Source of the DNA: Ramazzottius varieornatus
Lineage: Eukaryota; Animalia; Tardigrada
Assembly (NCBI GenBank): GCA_001949185.1
Contig: BDGG01000015.1
Coordinates: forward strand, 5,036-69,035
Reading direction: 5' to 3'
Length of the DNA: 64,000 nt
In this document: in pieces, positions 61,054-64,000 of the stretch
How positions within the stretch are numbered: position 1 is the first letter of the stretch
Layout: each line of letters begins with the position of its first letter
The notes under the pieces: generated by a model
What the model was told of the DNA's origin: nothing
The model's input: only the letters and a program-made list of their open reading frames with translations
Databases searched by the model: none
Program-made: the position numbers and the translations under genes

Positions 61054-64000
61054 CATTTTATGAGTGGTCGAGTAATTTTATCATACTAGCTACATAGAAC
61101 CAACTGATGATTCTTCTACAATTGTTACTGCGAACCCCAGCTCTTTCTGTGGTCATCCATATCCGGGCTGACGAGCCTGAAAACTCCCACAGGATAACGT
61201 GTATTTTCCACGAAAATGTCTGAGACGTCGTGGCGTCATGTTAGACGAGAATCAACACGAGGCAAAATTAGCCGGCTTACTTCCCAAGTCAATCGAATCA
61301 GCATTGAATGGTCCTGCAAGACATGCTTGATTGACAAAGTTTACAGGCGTGTTGCTGCTGTTGGCTCGGCGATGGCTGGCGTAAAAAGAAATAAAGGTGC
61401 GCTATCAAGGAAGTTAGCTCGCGATCAATATAGACACTGGTTTTTCTCGTCTTTACACAGCCGTCATCGTTGATAGGCAAATATGCTCTGTAACATGTGC
61501 TACTGTGTTCATTTTGCCTTTCAACTTTGCATAGTACTCCTTGACGTTTGGCGTACAGATGACGGATCGCTGGTTCTCCCACTCGCTCGAAGAAAACACA
61601 CGTGCTGACGTGAACCTACTGAAGGCTGCATGGCGGCACTCTGCTGACAGGTCGGACAGACACTGCTTGAGGACTTTGTCAGCACTGTCTACCCGCACCC
61701 AGACATATCCGTCCGTTCTCGCGTAGAATATAGCCTTGTTTATGGGTTCGCTGGGTCACCGCAAGCTTCCAAGTTGACAGGAGGATTTAGCGGAGAATTT
61801 TAAATTAATCTATGCCTTGCATTCTTGTCACAAGCAAAGACCGTGACGAGTTCGAGCGCAGGCCTTGCCATCTCGCAGTGACGTCAGCCAGCGTCTAGAA
61901 TTTCCGATTCCACCGATTTCTGAGATGGCTCCAGTTTCTGCTTTCAGCACTGAACACAACATCTCGGCCTTACATCGGCCACCGTCCAAATGACTTCATC
62001 ACAATGAAATGTCCATCTCGAGACACGCTCGCGTATACTAATAGTATTCATATCTGTACAAGAAAAGTAGAAAAAATAATAACGTCTGACAGTTAGGTGG
62101 AACAGAGTTTCTGGAAAACCAGAGGCCGTACCGAGTCAGAATATATCCAAGAACTTGGAGTAAGTTCGTGAAACGTAATTTTTGAATGCATTCTGGCCAG
62201 TTCTTTTTGACGGTTTGACTCGTTGCTTTTCAGCGTTGTTCATTAGCGACAGAATTTTGTGCTGCATAAAATAGTGGAAACAGTAATTACGAAAGCAGCC
62301 ACGCAAGTCTGCTCCATCTATCGTCTCCGCGTCTGCATAAAACCCAGTAAGACCCTGCCACTCTAGATCTGATGAACAGAAGCGACTGTCGTACTGCACG
62401 GTATGTTTTGCTACTGTAAGAGTTCGAGCGACTTTGCAACGCATACAGTTGCATTATGATGCTTGTAATGCGGTGCAGCAGGCTGAGCTAGCGAGCGATC
62501 AATCGAGCCGTCATCAAGCCATATTTGGAAAAAGCTAACGACCACCGTACCGTAAAGTCCTGCCTATTAACCAGTTACTTGTATCTAGTAGCAACAAGTT
62601 CGCTTCTGTATATACGCCTCCAGTTAGAAAATATACCAACTGCTTTAGAGTCGTAAAGTCAATCGTCGACGGAAAGGCACCATCGTCGGGGCTTACCTGT
62701 CGTGCCTTCGAAACGTGTTCATCAAATTTTTTTGACTCGACCATTCCTCAGAAGACGCCTGCATAAAGCAATCAAATGAAACCACTATTGCAATTAGTAA
62801 TCTTTCATACGCACATGTCATTTTGCAGAACGCTTTTCATGAACCTTGAAAACTTTCTAAGTTCCGGTCCGTCTGGCGGCGCCACTTGTCTTTGTACAAA
62901 TAATTTCAGCACAGAATTAAGCATGCGTCCATGAGTCATGGCGAATTTAACACTAATTTAAATTGGTGAAATTTCTTTTTGAAGGAATTTCCGAGAGAAA
63001 CGCGTTATATGTTAAGGTCAAGTTTGCTGTATCAGCAAATGTCTAGCGCGCGACAATGTCCAGCATGTCAACGAGGGCGGTAGTCGGCAGCCAAAAAGGC
63101 CACGTAATACAGTCCTACCTGTGAGAAGTGACCATTGCTTCTTCTGCAGCCGAACAGCGTTTCTGCACGAGACTGCCGGCCATGCACTGCGCAGCACGAT
63201 CAGCTGATCGACGTCCGGTTATGGCTCAACTTGATCACGTAATCAAGTCCGCGTCTGGTCAGCTGATCGGTCTCATGCGACAGCATAGCGAGCAGCCCGG
63301 TGTACACACGTACCGTCCGGAGCTAAAATCGGGCGTTTGAACTGTCACAACTCACAGGTAGGACTGTACTGTAATTATAATTAATCCTGTTTGCGTCTGG
63401 TGCCTATCTAAAGCATTGCTCATCACATTTCATCCAGTGGAAAATCTGTCTTGCGTTAATTTATTCCGACTTCTGTTGCCCATATTCCTCCCAGTCCTGG
63501 CAATCATTTTGAAGAGCGGTGCGCCTGTGGTTCGCAAACCAGACGCTGTTGTATTGGAGCAGCATGCCAAGAATTCGCTGAAAAAGCTACGCCGGGTGGC
63601 GTCACCTGCCACGAAATGTTTTCCGCGATAACGTCACGGCTACCCGGCGTAGAGTAGGGAACCGCTCAACTTTTCCTTGACGGAAACCAGAATTTCACAA
63701 AATTTTCTTGTCCACACTGGACTGTGCGGAACAATTTTTGGTAATCTCAAGGCGAAAGCGGGCGGTAAACCTTTAATGCCGACGCGAAAGCGGAAGTGGA
63801 AGTACAACATTCAACTCATGGATGTTACAGTACAAGCAAACCCAACTGTGCATACGACAACAGTTTCCTGTGGTTGCCTATCATATAGATTGTTCGCAAT
63901 GTGACGCAACAAGGTTTACTTTTAAACATTTATCGTAATTATCATCGACGCGGGGCGGGCGGAAAACAGTCACATCAAATACTAAGCGAGTCCAAGCGGT

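Noticed and set aside
59000-64000. Short ORFs upstream of FRAS1
   Set aside because: No recognisable domains or consistent splice chain; treated as 5' UTR, regulatory or intergenic DNA.

Overview
Eukaryotic (animal) genomic DNA with spliceosomal GT-AG introns, many only 55-90 bp long. This is a compact invertebrate genome. The gene set (gustatory-receptor-like 7TM proteins, clip-type serine protease homolog) points to a panarthropod/ecdysozoan, possibly a tardigrade; that assignment is inference. In order, the window holds: the last exon of an Otx-like gene (+); GTPBP2 (-); a decayed, intron-containing P-element/THAP9-type transposase (+); an intronless DUF1399/GRDP-like gene with an in-frame stop (+); a candidate MITE; two divergent gustatory-receptor-like genes; a foldback next to an assembly gap; a frameshifted RING-finger pseudogene; a secreted Gly/Tyr-rich protein (-); MTP large subunit (-); RGM (+); a clip-type serine protease homolog (-); a ~20 kb compact FRAS1-like gene (-); and tRNA-Asp(GTC) with an inverted degenerate copy. 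The most striking unexplained structure is a family of ~80-bp palindromes (core CAAGTGGCGCAC...GTGCGCCACTTG). It occurs singly or in tandem arrays at nine loci, all inside introns of four different genes. Gene models were built by eye from the sequence; no database searches were run.
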